A stretch of 38,293 nucleotides of DNA. It comes from Chiloscyllium plagiosum (lineage: Eukaryota). The stretch covers positions 8,452,263 through 8,490,555 of the forward strand of contig NC_057753.1 in assembly GCF_004010195.1 (NCBI RefSeq), given 5' to 3'. A program made the position numbers and the translations under genes. Positions 1-12,602 of the stretch are shown here, piece by piece (positions within the stretch are counted from its first letter, which is position 1; the number at the start of each line of letters is the position of its first letter). The notes under the pieces were generated by a model. It was not told the origin of the DNA. It ran no database searches and worked only from the letters and a program-made list of their open reading frames with translations.

Positions 1-1041
1 TGTTTTTACCTTTACATTGTAAGGTGAATAATAATTCGCTTACCACAGTGAAATTCAATTTTATTTATGCTTTGAAAATGATATTGTTGATGAGCGGCTA
101 AGTAATTGCTATGGTGATATAATCTTCCTGTCTATACTCTGCGGTTGAATTATTCTATTGTTATCGCTGTGTTTACTGTTTTACTACAACTATATATTTT
201 GGTTAATTATCACACTGAAGTGATGATGTCAGTATAGATCTATAGTAGCACGGGTTTTCACATTAACATATTTAACATATTTAATGGCTTTTATTAAGAT
301 CACACTGTTGAATGTGCAACAGATTTATCGTTGTTATCTTTACTTGATGACTGTTACTTGTCAGTATTTCCACCAGAACAGTATTCATGTTCTCAATCTC
401 CAAAAGTCTCTGCTTTACCTCTAGTCTCCACTTCCACCCTCACTGCAGCTGAAGGTCCTGGATTGTCGAGCACTGTGATTGAGATCAAAGGAGATGACAA
501 TATCTGACATCCTCTTCCAATTTTTTCTTCTCTTTCCATGTTCAACAAAATTCCATAAATTGTGGCCTTTCTTTAAGCAGATTTTAAAATTATCAACGAA
601 TCACGACATGATAAATGTGATCACTTACATTTCAGTGGAGTGTATCATAAAGGGACTATTGAATTGTTCAAATGTTGTCAATGTGGACACTAACTCTCCG
701 TGACTCTGCCCTTCCAGTCTTTTACTATTTGTCTTATTTCTTTGTCAATGCGTTTTGATGTTCCTGTACTAATTTTGGAGAAAAGCCGATTTCATGTTGT
801 TATTCATTTGCTGTCATTTGATGTATTTGTAATTCTATGACAATCAACGGATGTACTTTCAATCTGCATGAGCGAACTAGAGGTGGTACGTAATTTCACG
901 GTTAATTGCAATCTTACAATCGTTGTCACAGTTTTCCAAGTTTATTCATTGGCTGACTTCAGCAAAATTAATTATGTTAATCTGAACCTCACTGTTTTCC
1001 CTGCTTCTACATCGATATTTCTCATTTTCTCCCTATTACAG

Positions 1042-1946
1042 CTAACATGTCGGCGATTGTCGTCCTGCCTTGAAATAGATGCGGTCTTTCTGGATGCATT
1101 ATTTATTATCTTGTGTCCATGGCAGTGACGGATCTCCTGGTTATTGTCACGACAGTAATTATGAACCGAATTGCTGGAATTTATTTCCCAAACAGTTTCC
1201 TGTCTATTCCACCAATTTGCAGTTTTCGTGCTGCTATAAATTATGCAGTCATGGACAGTTCTATCTGGTTAATGGTCCCATTCACTTTTGATCGACTTGT
1301 GACAATTTCTTGCCAGAAGCTGAAATTAAAGTACTGCACCCAGAAGGTGGCAGCACGGGCAATTGGAACTGTGTTCGTGCTGTCCTGTATAAAGAACGGA
1401 TTCACATATTTTTATTATGAACCTTCATATGTAATTGACAATGTACCCTGGTTCTGTCGCCTAAAACTCTCAGTTTATGAATCACCTTTATGGGCTGCAT
1501 ATGACTGGATTCGTATAATTTTAAGTCCAATTCTCCCATTCATCCTGATTTTACTGTTCAATGCTCTAACTGTCCAACAGATTCTAGTGTCCAACAGAGC
1601 TCCCAGAAGATCTCACAGCAATAGAGAAAATCAGGTTGATTCAGAAATGGAGAAACGCAGAAAATCTATTGTTTTACTTTTTGGCATCTCAAGCAGTTTT
1701 ATCACGCTAAATGTATTATCTTTTATAACGATAGCCTATGTGCGAATAGCAAAACTTACTTACCCTTCATTTCCTGATCTTAGTAATTCCACGTTAATTC
1801 TCCAACAGAGCGGATTCATGCTTCAGTTACAGAGTTCCTGTGTCAACCCATTTATTTACGCCGGGACACAAAATGTATTCAGAGCCGAGTTACTGAAAGG
1901 GTTTATGTATCCATTGAGCCTACTTATAAAAATTCTTAAAGTTTGA
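1042..1946 (+). pseudogene. GPR139/GPR142-like class A GPCR, copy A, coding exon 2 (TM1 end to TM7); one in-frame stop (residual ORF 1113/1119-1946)
   Basis: A polypyrimidine tract plus AG acceptor (ttttctccctattacag) ends at 1041. The frame reads (A)NMSAIVVLP*NRCGLSGCIIYYLVSMAVTDLLV...FTFDRLVTI...KYCT...PWFC...RKSIVLLFGIS...SSCVNPFIY, with TM2 (MAxxD), DRY-like and NPxxY motifs. TGA at 1071-1073 corresponds to CGA at 26481 in copy B. Family assignment is from recalled similarity, not a search. Confidence 0.85.
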
Positions 1947-2839
1947 AAATCGCACCACAACTGCAGCACATATTGCTGTACTGTCTCTCTTTGTCCACGA
2001 TATTCAAAACTTCACTTTGAATGTTCAATTGTTTTCAATTTCTGATATGCTTTATGTATTTCAGAATATAAACTTAGTCGCATTGTTGATAATTATGCAT
2101 GCCTTGCAAGCCGTTTCCAGGTTTTCTCCAGATGCTCAGCAGTTTTGTGATTAAGTTCAGTACACGTCACTGTGGTCTGGGACAACTGCAAAAACTCTTG
2201 ATTTGAAGTCTCCACACAGTTGACTATTCAATAACGATTATTCTTCTCATTATGTCATTGAATGTTAGCGTTCTGGACAAGGGCAACACCCATTTCGATT
2301 TCTAACATTTAATTTGAACCAAACTTCTGATTTATGTCAAGGCCGAGGTGGACTCAATTAGCATTCACACATGCTGAGCACTTCCTGAAACTTTGCCAAA
2401 TATATGCCCTTTCCTGGCAGTAACTACGAATGCCCAATATTAATTGTCTGCATTAATTGATGAATGGCAACAGACAAAACAAAGTGGATAAAGAATAAAC
2501 CTCTGTTGAAAACCAGCAGAGAGTTGTGAATCCTTGTCAAATATCATTTTTTATCACAGGCTAGACTCAGTACAATGAGGAGGAAAAAAAAGACAGCCTT
2601 TACGTTGTCTCAAAGAGGAATCAAGGGCAAGGTGACTGAATCAACATTCATAACGCATTTGGTACACAGTATTACACATTTCAAGGCATTTCGGCCCTCT
2701 GCATTTACGACCTCTCTTGAAAACAAAAATGGATAAAGTAACCTTCTAAAGTGTCCACATAGTCACAATAGGAACAATCCATTTGTGAGAAATATTGAAA
2801 TTTCATCAAGGATATAAAAGAAGATGGCAGTTCAGCAAA

Positions 2840-3781
2840 GAAAAAGTAAAAAAACGAAGAAAAGAGACATACAGGAATAGACCTTTCACCCTCCGAGCTT
2901 GTGTCAATCAGCATGCCTAAATAAACCAAAAATAAACCTTCTACAATTATTCCATCCGTTTCGATCTATTCTGTCCTTTTTTAGTAAACCATCTCAATGC
3001 ATCGTAAATATTGCCAATGTGTTTGCTTCTATCAGCTGTTTTGACGGTGCATTCTAGGCTCTTCCCAATCTCGGCCTAGAGAACGAAATGGTTTAAAATG
3101 ATGTAAGGGGAAACTCTTTCATACAGAGGGTAGTGGGTGCAGTGAATGAGCTACCAGAGGAAGAGGTGGAGGCTGATAAAATTTCAACATTTAAAAGGAT
3201 TTCGGATGGGTATATGGATAGGAAGGTTTTCGAGAAACATGGCCCAAGTGCAGGCAAATGGGAGTAGATTAGGTTCGGGTATCTGGCCAGCATGGACAAG
3301 TTGGACCAAAGGTTCTGTTTCTATGCTATACGTCTCTGATATTCTGTAACTCTATTTCCTTTAAACTTCCACCCTCACTTTGAGTCTGTGTCCGTTTGTA
3401 AATCAAACTTCATCCTTAAGGAGAAAAAAAACCCTGACTAGCCTCCCTATGTATCCCTCCCATAATTTTGTCGAACTCCATTAGGTGTCCTCCTAACCGC
3501 CATTTTTCCAGTAAGAATAATCACAGATGTTTTAACTTTTCCTTATAGCCAATGCCTGCGAGTCCATGCAACAACTTCGTGAATATGCTCTGCACCATCT
3601 CCAAAGCTTCCATGTCCTTCTAGTAGCATAGTGAACAGAACTGCACACTATAGTTCCAATGATGCCGAACAACTGTTTTACGTAGCTGCAACATGGTTTA
3701 CCGAATTTTGTACTCCATGCCCCGACCAATGAAAGCAAGCATGCCATATGCCTTCATACTCATTTTTAGGTAACTGGGACC
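2840..3781 (-). mobile_element. Old CR1 LINE 3' fragment, with a plus-strand CR1 3' end nested at ~3080-3355
   Basis: Degenerate CR1 ORF2 C-terminal sequence (gaactgcacac, aagcaagcatgccatatgcc). The nested piece has gaatgagctaccagaggaag and a short-repeat tail. The same arrangement recurs at ~28230-29157. Confidence 0.65.
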
Positions 3782-5155
3782 CTTCAATAGACAATAGACA
3801 ACAGGTGCAGGAGTAGGACATTCTGCCCTTCGAGTCTGCACCACTATTCAATATGATCATGGCTGATCATCCTTAATCAGTATCCTGTTCCTGCCTTATC
3901 TCCATAACCCTTGATTCCACTACCCTTTAGAGGTCTATCCAACTCTTCCTTAAATGAATCCAGAGACTGGGCCTCCACTGCCCTCTGGGGCAGAGAATTC
4001 CTCACAGCCACCACTCTCTGGGTGAAGAAGTTTCTCCTCATCTCTGTCCTAAATGGTCTACCCCGTATTTTTAAGTTGTATCCTCTGGTTCGGCACTCAC
4101 CCATCAGCGGAAACATGTTTCCTGTGTCCAGAGTGTCCAATCCTTTAATAATCTTATATGTCTCAATCAGATCCCCTCTCAGTCTTCTAAACTCAAGGGT
4201 ATAAAAGCCAAGTCGCTCCAGTCTTTCAGCGTAAGCTAGTCCCGCCATTCCAGGAATTGACCTCGTGTGCCTACGCTGCACTCCCTCAATAGCCAGGATG
4301 TCTTTCCTCAAATTTGGAGACCAGAACTGCACACAGTACTCCAGGTGCGGTCTCACCAGACNNNNNNNNNNNNNNNNNNNNNNNCCTACGCTGCACTCCC
4401 TCAATAGCCAGGATGTCTTTCCTCAAATTTGGAGACCAGAACTGCACAAATTACTCCAGGTGCGGTCTCACCAGAGTCCTGTGCCGCTGCAGAAGAACCT
4501 CTTCGCTTCTATACTCAATCCCTCTTATTATGAAGTCCAGCATGCTATTAGCCATATTCACTACCTGCTGTGCCTGCATGCTTACCTTCATTGACTGGTG
4601 TACAAGAACACCCAGATCGCTTTGTACTGCCCCTTTCCTAAATTGATTCCATTTAGATAGTAATCTGCCTTCCTGTTCTTGCCACCAAAGTGGATAACTA
4701 TATATTTATCCGCATTAAACTGCATCTGCCATGCATCTGACCACTCACCTAACCTGTCCAGGTCACCCTGTAATCTCCTAACATCCTCCTCACATTCCAC
4801 GCTGCCACCCAGCTTGGTGTCATCAGCAAATTTGCTAATGTTATTACTAATACCATCTTCTATATCTTCAATATATATTGTAAAAAGCTGCGGTCCCAGC
4901 ACTAATCCCTGCGGTACCCCACTGGTCACTGCCTGCCATTCCGAAATGGAGCTGTTTATCACTACTCTTTGTTTCCTGTCTGCCAACCAACTTTCAATCC
5001 AAGTTAGTACTTTGCCCCCAATGCCATGCGCCCTAATGTTGCCCACTAACCTCCTATGTGGGACTTTATCAAAAGCTTTCTGAAAGTCCAGGTACACTAC
5101 ATCTACTGGATCTCCGTCGTCCATCTTCAGAGTTACATTCTCAAAAAAAATTCAG
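3782..5155 (-). mobile_element. Young 5'-truncated CR1 LINE (ORF2 reverse transcriptase and 3' end)
   Basis: ORFs 4588-5124 and 3877-4404 contain YLDFQKAFDKVPH, SGVPQG, KFADDTK, LVRPHLEYCVQFWSP and RRNFFTQRVV. The 3' tail is (caataga)n at ~3785-3800. Confidence 0.93.
4362..4384. other. Assembly gap (23 N) with ~91 bp repeated on both sides
   Basis: N run; 4270-4360 recurs at 4385-4475 with two mismatches. Confidence 0.95.
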
Positions 5156-5734
5156 AAGAGCTTTACGACAGGGGTTGGTGAGGTATGTATAACAAATTTT
5201 GAATGTTCCATGGATGAGAATTTGGAATAATTGAAATTGTAAAGGACAAGGATAAGAGACAATTTCATAGACGTTCTTAAATAATGTGAGTCTGGATGGA
5301 GTAGGTAAAGATTTATTGTTCTTGCTAATTAAGTAAAAATCGAAAATGTTAGGACACTGTTGAAAAGTGCGTTGCAAATTAATAATTACCAGGTGGGAAA
5401 AATAACTTCTTCCATACCACAAATATTTAGTGTGTTGCTTGCCTGTCTGGATATGCAGTGCAGCAAGGTTCGGATTGGATATTCAAGATGGTATTGCATG
5501 ATTGCTTAGGTGAAAACAATAGACAACGTGACGGGTAATTGACATTCAAAGGCAATAAATTTGAAATAAATCACAATACTCAGCAAAGAGGTGCAGACGC
5601 GATGGGCCTAAGGACCTGCTTCTGGTCTGCAACAAATCCAACATTCCCATTAGAGATCGCATTTATTTTGGTTGTTTTATTCCCTGCAGGACTTCAATGT
5701 ACCCTATGAATAAATTTGTTGCATGATTTCACTT

Positions 5735-6490
5735 TGAAAGGAACAAAGGGAATAAAGAGTACTTGGCTCATGTTAAGATTCTTGGTAGTGTAGATACGCA
5801 GGGTGGTATCAGTGTCCATGTACATCGATCTGTGAAAGTTCCCAGACAGTTTGAATTTATTGTTAGGAAGGCACATGGTGTGCTGGCTTTTATTGGTATA
5901 TGGATTAAATTTCGGTGACATGAGATCATGTTGCAACTGTACAAAACTCTGATGCGAGCGCACTTGGAGTACTGGAAACAATTCTGGTGACCGCATTTCA
6001 AAAGGATGTGGACCCTTTGGAAAGGGTTCAGAGGAAATTTCCTAGGATGTTGCCTGGTCTGGAGGGAACGTCTCATGAGGAAAGGCTGAGTTACTGGGGC
6101 TGTTTTTGTCAGAGAGACGAAGTTTGATATGTGACTTATTTGAAACATGTAAGATAATCAAAGTGTTAGATAGGGTGGACAGTGATAGCCTTTTGCCTCA
6201 GAAGGTGATGGCTAGCACGTGGGGGCATAGGGGATTACATTAAGGGGTGATTCATATAGGACAGATGTCAGAGGTAGTTTCTTTGCTCAGAGAATAGTAG
6301 GGGCGTTGAATACCCTGCCAACAACAGTAGTAGACTCGCCATCTTGAAGGGTACTTAAATGAATATTGGGTAAACTTATGTATAATAACGGAATAGTGTA
6401 GGACAGATGAGCTCAAGATTGGTTTCACAGGTCGGCCCAACTTCGATGGCCTACAGGCCGTTCCTGCGCTGTAATGTTCTATGTTCTTTT
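5735..6490 (+). mobile_element. CR1 LINE 3' fragment, degenerate
   Basis: cacttggagtactggaaacaattctgg (HLEY.QFW-like), a CR1-type 3' UTR and a tgttctatgttct tail. Confidence 0.8.
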
Positions 6491-7025
6491 GTATTTCCAC
6501 CATGGAAGCTGCCAGGTATTTGTCAGATGCTATCTTCTTCTGCTGGATAGCTGATTATATTATTGGCATGCCCTGTGTTCTCAACCCATCTTCGTTTTAT
6601 GTGTCAGGATTAGATACACAACAGGAAATAACATGGCAATAAAAAGCCACAGGGGGATGAGCAAGAATTAATGTCCAGTGCATCTTAGTACTGAGTGCCG
6701 TTGTCTCAACTCTTCACCATCGATAATCATGACTTCGACAAAGGAAACAAATGTATTGTGCCAATTTATTTTGTATTAATGCATAGAAAGTTTAAAAAGT
6801 TAGCTGTGAAGACAATAGAGGAACTTTCTTTGGGGTCATATAAAGGTGAAGTCAGTGGACAAAAATCTACTGTGTGGAAAAGATCAACTTCCTCACTTTG
6901 TTCAGAAGAATATTAATGGTTTTTTAAAAAAAAATATATGGAGAAAATGGAGAAAGGTACAGATGGACCTGAGAGACCGTTTTGAGAATCATGTGTAGCT
7001 GGTTTACAGGCTGAGCACATGGTTA

Positions 7026-7168
7026 AGGAGAATCGACGTTTCGGGCATAAGCCCTTCTTCTTATGCCCGAAACGTCGATTCTCCTTCTCCTTGGATGCTG
7101 CCTGACCTGCTGCGCTTTTCCAGTAACACATTCTGATCTCCAGCATCTGCAGTCCTCACTTTCTCCTA
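7026..7168. mobile_element. Short Penelope-derived hairpin element with 16-bp target-site duplication
   Basis: GCTGAGCACATGGTTA occurs at 7010-7025 and 7169-7184. A perfect 27-bp inverted repeat spans 7025-7051/7060-7086 and contains the hammerhead-like GGGC-TTAT-GCCC-GAAACGTC. Confidence 0.8.
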
Positions 7169-10100
7169 GCTGAGCACATGGTTAGGAAATCAAACTAAAA
7201 CTTTTGCCTTTCTGCAAGAAGAATGGAATATAAATTCAAGACTGATTTTATCCAGTTGCACAGGATTGCGTTGGGGCGATGTCAGTTGCATTGTTTACAG
7301 TTTAACTCTCTATTTATGAAGGAATGTGAATCTGATAATTAATTTAGAAAATGTCCAAAACACTGACATCTGGAATTTGTGGGTGGGGAACTGGTGTAGG
7401 GGGCGGTGTGATTTTGTATTTTCCAATCAGAATTAACAGTTGTCATATGGCGTGGTAATGTACTACAAACTCTCTATTGATTTTTGTCCCTGGGACAAGG
7501 ATAGTTTACGTATGAAATGCACACTCTTATGTAGAAAGTTCTGAAATTAGTTGTCTTGCTGTCAGCAAGATCAGGATTTTTTTCTTAACGATATGAACGT
7601 TCTACCCGTGTTTATTCACTTTGACTTACTCCCTAAATCTGAATTTTACAGATAAAGTTGCATCTTTTAGGTGAACCCACATTTCCAACTGCTTGATTAA
7701 TACTTTAAATTCAAATTCTAAAAACGCTCTTTCAGAACTCAGCGTTCGTTACACAGAAAGAATCTTTACAACTTGTCAGCATTATCAAATCAGTTCATTG
7801 CAATGCCGTACATTCTGCTAAAGGGTTCAGAAAGTTCAATGGTACAATGTTGGTTAAATGCGCCTCAAAATACTTTCCATCAGTAAGTGTCAGTCTCAGA
7901 ATACTCAGGAGAGGAGGGATTAGGGCCAGATGAGGCCTGTACTGAGGGATCTGCGCAGGGATCAAAAACAGATTAGGTCATCGCTAGCCTGCAGTAACTG
8001 TACCTGGACAGAGTAGAGTTCTCTAGGAGGACAGTTCTCAACAAGTAGCCCTGAGCGACATCAGGCCTAATTGGGAGTCCTTAGAGGGCATTTTCCATCG
8101 AGCAAAACACAACAGTAAATTCAGAGGTAGATCTGAAGGAGAAAAGGAAGACCAGGTAATGTCTTCCTTAACAGTTCAGTGAGAGAACAGAGTACTATCC
8201 ACACCACGTTAACAAGAATTCAACATGCTATACTGACAGGCTATTTTTCCTCTGACATCAGTGAATATCCCAAGTTCTCACCTTAATAAACCTTCTTATT
8301 AGGATCTGTTTTTGGGCCACTGCTTTTATTATTTTCATAAATGATCGGGATATGGGCATAGAAGGATGGGTTAGTAAGTTTGTTGATGACACTAACGTAA
8401 TTTAGTAATATGTCATTTACATGGTCTTAACAATTAAAGAAATTATCAGAAAATTATGAACAAATCATCGACTGACGCTACTAGGCAACTGTAAACATAG
8501 ACCTACAAAAATCAATAAAGCAATCAAAATTGATTAAAGATCAAGGATGAGCTTTCAGAATGTATGCACAGCTGTAATACACTGATCATGTTTGAGAAAA
8601 AAATGCATACTCCACAGATGACTAAATCGTATCTTAATAACTCCATGTAATAATTCACTACAAGCAAGGCACATTTTTGACTTTCAATTTTTAAAAGCAA
8701 ACACACGAAAAAAGGTACATTCACAAAACCAATATGCGTTTATGAATATCGAACTTCCATGAACATGGAGAGAAATATTTCCTCGTTGCATAACCGTGTG
8801 ACCATAATTTAAAATCATGAATGTGTTTGTGGGCAGCAAGGTCTCACTGATTTAACAAGTCGATATCTGCGAGCAGGTAGGAGCATATAAATATTGATGA
8901 TTTTGTTAATTACTTTATGTAATTTATAAATTGATCGAAACCTCAGGAATGTGTTCAGGCTGCACAATTTTGTAGGCATTTTCTCCTCGAAGCAACCTAT
9001 TTAATGTTGCCTGCAAACTCATGATTCGTCAGTCTGATAGCCACGATGTATCGATCCAGAGGTAAGAAACATCTAAGATCCCAAAATATTATCGATCTGA
9101 TGCTGCATAAACTTGAGAATTATATTCTACTGATTTATTCCGAGCAATATTAGATTGCAAATTCTCGTTCCACTCCTACTCATTTTGAAACAAACAGTGC
9201 AGTCCGTTTGGAATGAAGAAATTACATAATGAACATGTTGTAACTCTTTTTATGGTCTGCTTGTGTTGTTATTTCACCAAGTGAAATTAGCACATATATC
9301 CATTACTCCTCCTGAAATCTTCTTCTGGAGTTTGTGTTTACCAGTTGAAAACACAAACTTAAGTTCAGCAGAAATAGTGCTTCTCAACAGTTTTGGCAAC
9401 ATAATGTTCTCACAGGAAGGAACTGGCAGCAAAACCCGGCTGTAAGGTATTTTGTTGTGCCGATGTGTGTGCACAGTAAATTACAATCAAACCCATTGCT
9501 GCACTTGCACGTGATGCTGGTCTGAGCACCGATGTGCATGAGTTTGTTAGTCTCTGGAAAGAAGGAGTGAATGAACATTCCCAAACTGTGGGAATCCAAT
9601 GACCAGAAATTTCTGTTCCTCTTGAAGAGGTGAGTGTCATTACACCCGGAAGGATTGTGTGAATTCATTTTTGTACATTGGGCAGATGAATAAACCTGCC
9701 CTAAGATACGAATTAAATCAACTTACAGTTTCTCAATGCCTTCAAGATCCTGACACTGGCGTCTAAACTGTATATCATGTTGGTGATGCACAAATGAAAA
9801 TTTCATCAAATAAAGTATGTTGAATTTACAAGAAAGAATTGAATTGAATTGAATTTATTGTCACGTGTACCGAGGCACAGTTAAAAGCATTGACTTGTGA
9901 GCAATAAAGGCAGTTCACAGAGTTAAGTAGCATAGAAAAGTAAATCATACGTAAACAGCGGCACAAACAAAAACAAAAGTAAACCGAATGTTAAGAGTTT
10001 GTGAGTCCATTCAGTTTTCTAACAACAGTAGGGTAGAAACTGCTTCGAAATCGGCTGGTGCGTGTGTTCAGGCTTGTGTACCTTCTTCCCGATGGCAGAG

Positions 10101-10920
10101 GTCGCAGAAAAATCATTGGCAGGTAGGATTGATCTTTGAGCATGCTGGCGGCCTTACCTCGCCAGCGGGCCACGTAGATGGATTCTATAGATGGGAGGTT
10201 GGCCTTTGTGATTGTCCCGGCCAAGTTCACCACTCTCTGTAACCGTCTCCGATCTTATATGGTACAGTTGCCATACGAGGTAGTGATACATCCTGACAGA
10301 ATGCTCTCAATGGTGCACCTATAAAATTTGGCAAGGGTATTCACCGCCAAGCCAAATTTCCTCAGCTGCCTGAGGAAGAAAGAAGTTGTTGGGCCTTTGT
10401 AGCCAATACATCCACATGAAGAATCCAAGAAAGCTTGTTGTGGATGATAACTCTCAGGAGCTTGACACACTCCACTCACTCCACCCCTGTGCTGTTAATG
10501 TGTAGGGGGTGGGGGTTGGCATGTAAAACATCCCGCTGAAAGTTAATGACAGTTCCTTGGTTTGCTGGCATTGAATGCTAGGTTGTTCTCAGTCCAACTT
10601 TTTTCCAGGGCTTCAATCTCCCGTCTGTAGTCTGTTTCGTCGCCATCTGAGATTTGACCAATAAGATGGTGTCATCAGCAAATTTGTAAACGGCATTAGT
10701 CTGGTATTTGGGGATGCAGTCATGGTTATACAGTGAGTACAGAAGGGGGCTGAGTACGCAATGCTGTGGGCTCCAGTGTTGAGTGTTAGTGAGGATAAAA
10801 TATTGTCCCCAATATTCATTGACTGTGGCATGTTGGTCAGGAAACTAAGGATCCAGTTGCAGTGAGTGGGGCTTAGTCCGAGATCACTAAGTTTAGTAAT
10901 CAGTCTCGAGGGGATAATAG

Positions 10921-11500
10921 TTCAAAGTTTGTGCGAAGATTTGTAGCTCGGGTGCTCGTTGTTGTGGTTCTGTTCGCCGAGCTGGAAGTTTTTGTTGCAA
11001 ACGTTTCGTCCCCTGGCTAGGCGACATCATCAGTGCTTGGGAGCCTCCTGCGAAGCGCTTCTTTGATGTTTCCTCCGGTGTTTATAGTGGTCTGTCCCTG
11101 CCGCTTCCGGTTGTCAGTTTCAGCTGTCCGCTGTAGTGGTTGGTATATTGAGTCCAGGTCGATGTGTTTGTTGATGGAGTTTGTGGATGAATGCCATGCC
11201 ATGAATGCCATGAATTCCCTGGCTGTTCTCTGTCTGGCTTGCCCTATGATAGTAGTGTTGTCCCAGTCGAATTCATGTTGCTTGTTGTCTGTGTGTGTGG
11301 CTGCTAAGGATAGCTGGTCGTGTCGTTTCGTGGCTAGTTGATGTTCATGTATGCGGAACGTTAGCTGTCTTCCTGTTTGTCCTATATAGCAACATGAGTG
11401 TTGTCCCAGTCGAATTCATGTTTCTTGTTGTCTGTGTGTGTGGCTACTAAGGATAGCTGGTCGTGTCGTTTCGTGGCTAGTTGATGTTCATGTATGTGTT
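10921..11500 (-). mobile_element. Penelope-like element 3' fragment (GIY-YIG endonuclease C-terminal half plus terminal repeat)
   Basis: The minus strand encodes [24 protein letters not shown]...FDWDNTTIIGQA...AREF...WHSSTNSINKH. It is flanked by GATAATAG at 10913-10920 and 11501-11508. Confidence 0.85.
10997..11036 (-). ncRNA. Minimal type I hammerhead ribozyme motif in the Penelope terminal repeat
   Basis: The minus strand reads GCA-CUGAUGA-U-GUC-G-CCU-AGCC-AGG-G-GAC-GAAAC-GUU-UGC. It has both core boxes, stem II, a 3-bp stem I (GCA/UGC) and the palindromic AACGUU in place of stem III. Confidence 0.7.
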
Positions 11501-12602
11501 GATAATAGTGTTGAAGGCTGGACTGTAGTCAATGAGTAGGTTTCTTATGTAACTATTCTTGCTGTCAAGATGTTCCAGGGCGGAGTGAAGGGCAAGTGAT
11601 GTGGCATCTGACGTGGATCTGTGGGTCCGTTAGGCAAATTGGAGTGAGTGAAAAGTAGAGGGGAGGCTGGAGTTGATTAATTCCATGACTAATCTTTCAA
11701 AGCAGTGCATGACCACCAAAGTTAGGGCCACAGGCGGTAGTCATTGAGACATGCTGCATGAGCCGTCTTAGGCACAAGGATGATGTTGGCCCTCTTGATA
11801 CAGGGAGGGACAGTGGTCTGCTGCAGGAAGTGGTCGAAGATCTCCCAGAAACCTCTATCAGTTGATCTGCGCATGTTCTGAATGCACGGCGTTGTACTCC
11901 GTCTGATCCCATCACTTTCCTTGGATCACACGTAGGAAAACTGATCTGACCTCTGATGCAGTGACTGTCGGGATAGGTTCATCAGAATTTGTCAGAAGAG
12001 GTTTTACCTCTCCGCCGAAATTCTTCTGTAAGCGAGCATAGAAGGCGTTGAGAGGATCTGGGAGGAATGTGTCATCTGGTATCTTGCACTGCCTCTTTTT
12101 AGAACTTGTGATGCCATTCAGTCCTTGCCATAGTCGCTGGGTGTCTGTCTGAACCTCTAGTTTGGGTTCGTATTGATCCTTGGCTGTCTTAATAGCTCTG
12201 TGAAGGTCATACTTGGATTTCTTATATTTGAGTGGGTCTTCTGATCTGAACCCCTCACGCCTGGTTTTTAGCAGGCTCTGTATGTCCTGATTCATCCAGG
12301 GTTTCCTGTTGGGGATCATTCAGATTGACTTCCTTGGTATGCTGTCCTCCACACATTTGCTCGTAAAGTCTGTGACGGTGGTGGTGTACGCGTCCAAAGT
12401 ACTTTCGGACTGTTTGAACATGGCACAATCAGCCGAATTCAGGCAGCACTGGACCTAATCATCTGTCTCCTCTGCCCAACAATGAAACTGTATCAGCAAG
12501 GTGGTCTCCTGCTTGAGCTTTTTCCTGTAAGCTGAGAGAATTAATACGGCATTGTGGTCGGAGTTCCAGAAGTGAGGGCTGGGGATGGAGAGTTAGCATC
12601 TT

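Larger units (their letters stand above)
1..3781 (+). repeat. Direct segmental/tandem duplication unit, copy A (intron, GPCR exon 2, 3' flank); partner at ~25179-29157
   Basis: Colinear similarity read by eye from the first bases (tgtttttac...cattgtaagg) through the exon, 3' flank and shared old CR1 fragments to ...ccttcatac-cattt-tagg-aactggg. Confidence 0.9.

Noticed and set aside
868..1128. 86-aa ORF, and the N-terminal part of ORF 26277-26738, as a receptor N-terminus
   Set aside because: The sequence before the AG acceptor is intronic. The frame relation differs between the copies and a better exon 1 exists at 24499.
4270..4475. 91-bp direct repeat
   Set aside because: It flanks an N gap and is most simply an unmerged contig overlap.
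7880..8295. Possible solo LTR (purine-rich, AATAAA near the end)
   Set aside because: No clear TG...CA ends, target-site duplication or second copy in the window.
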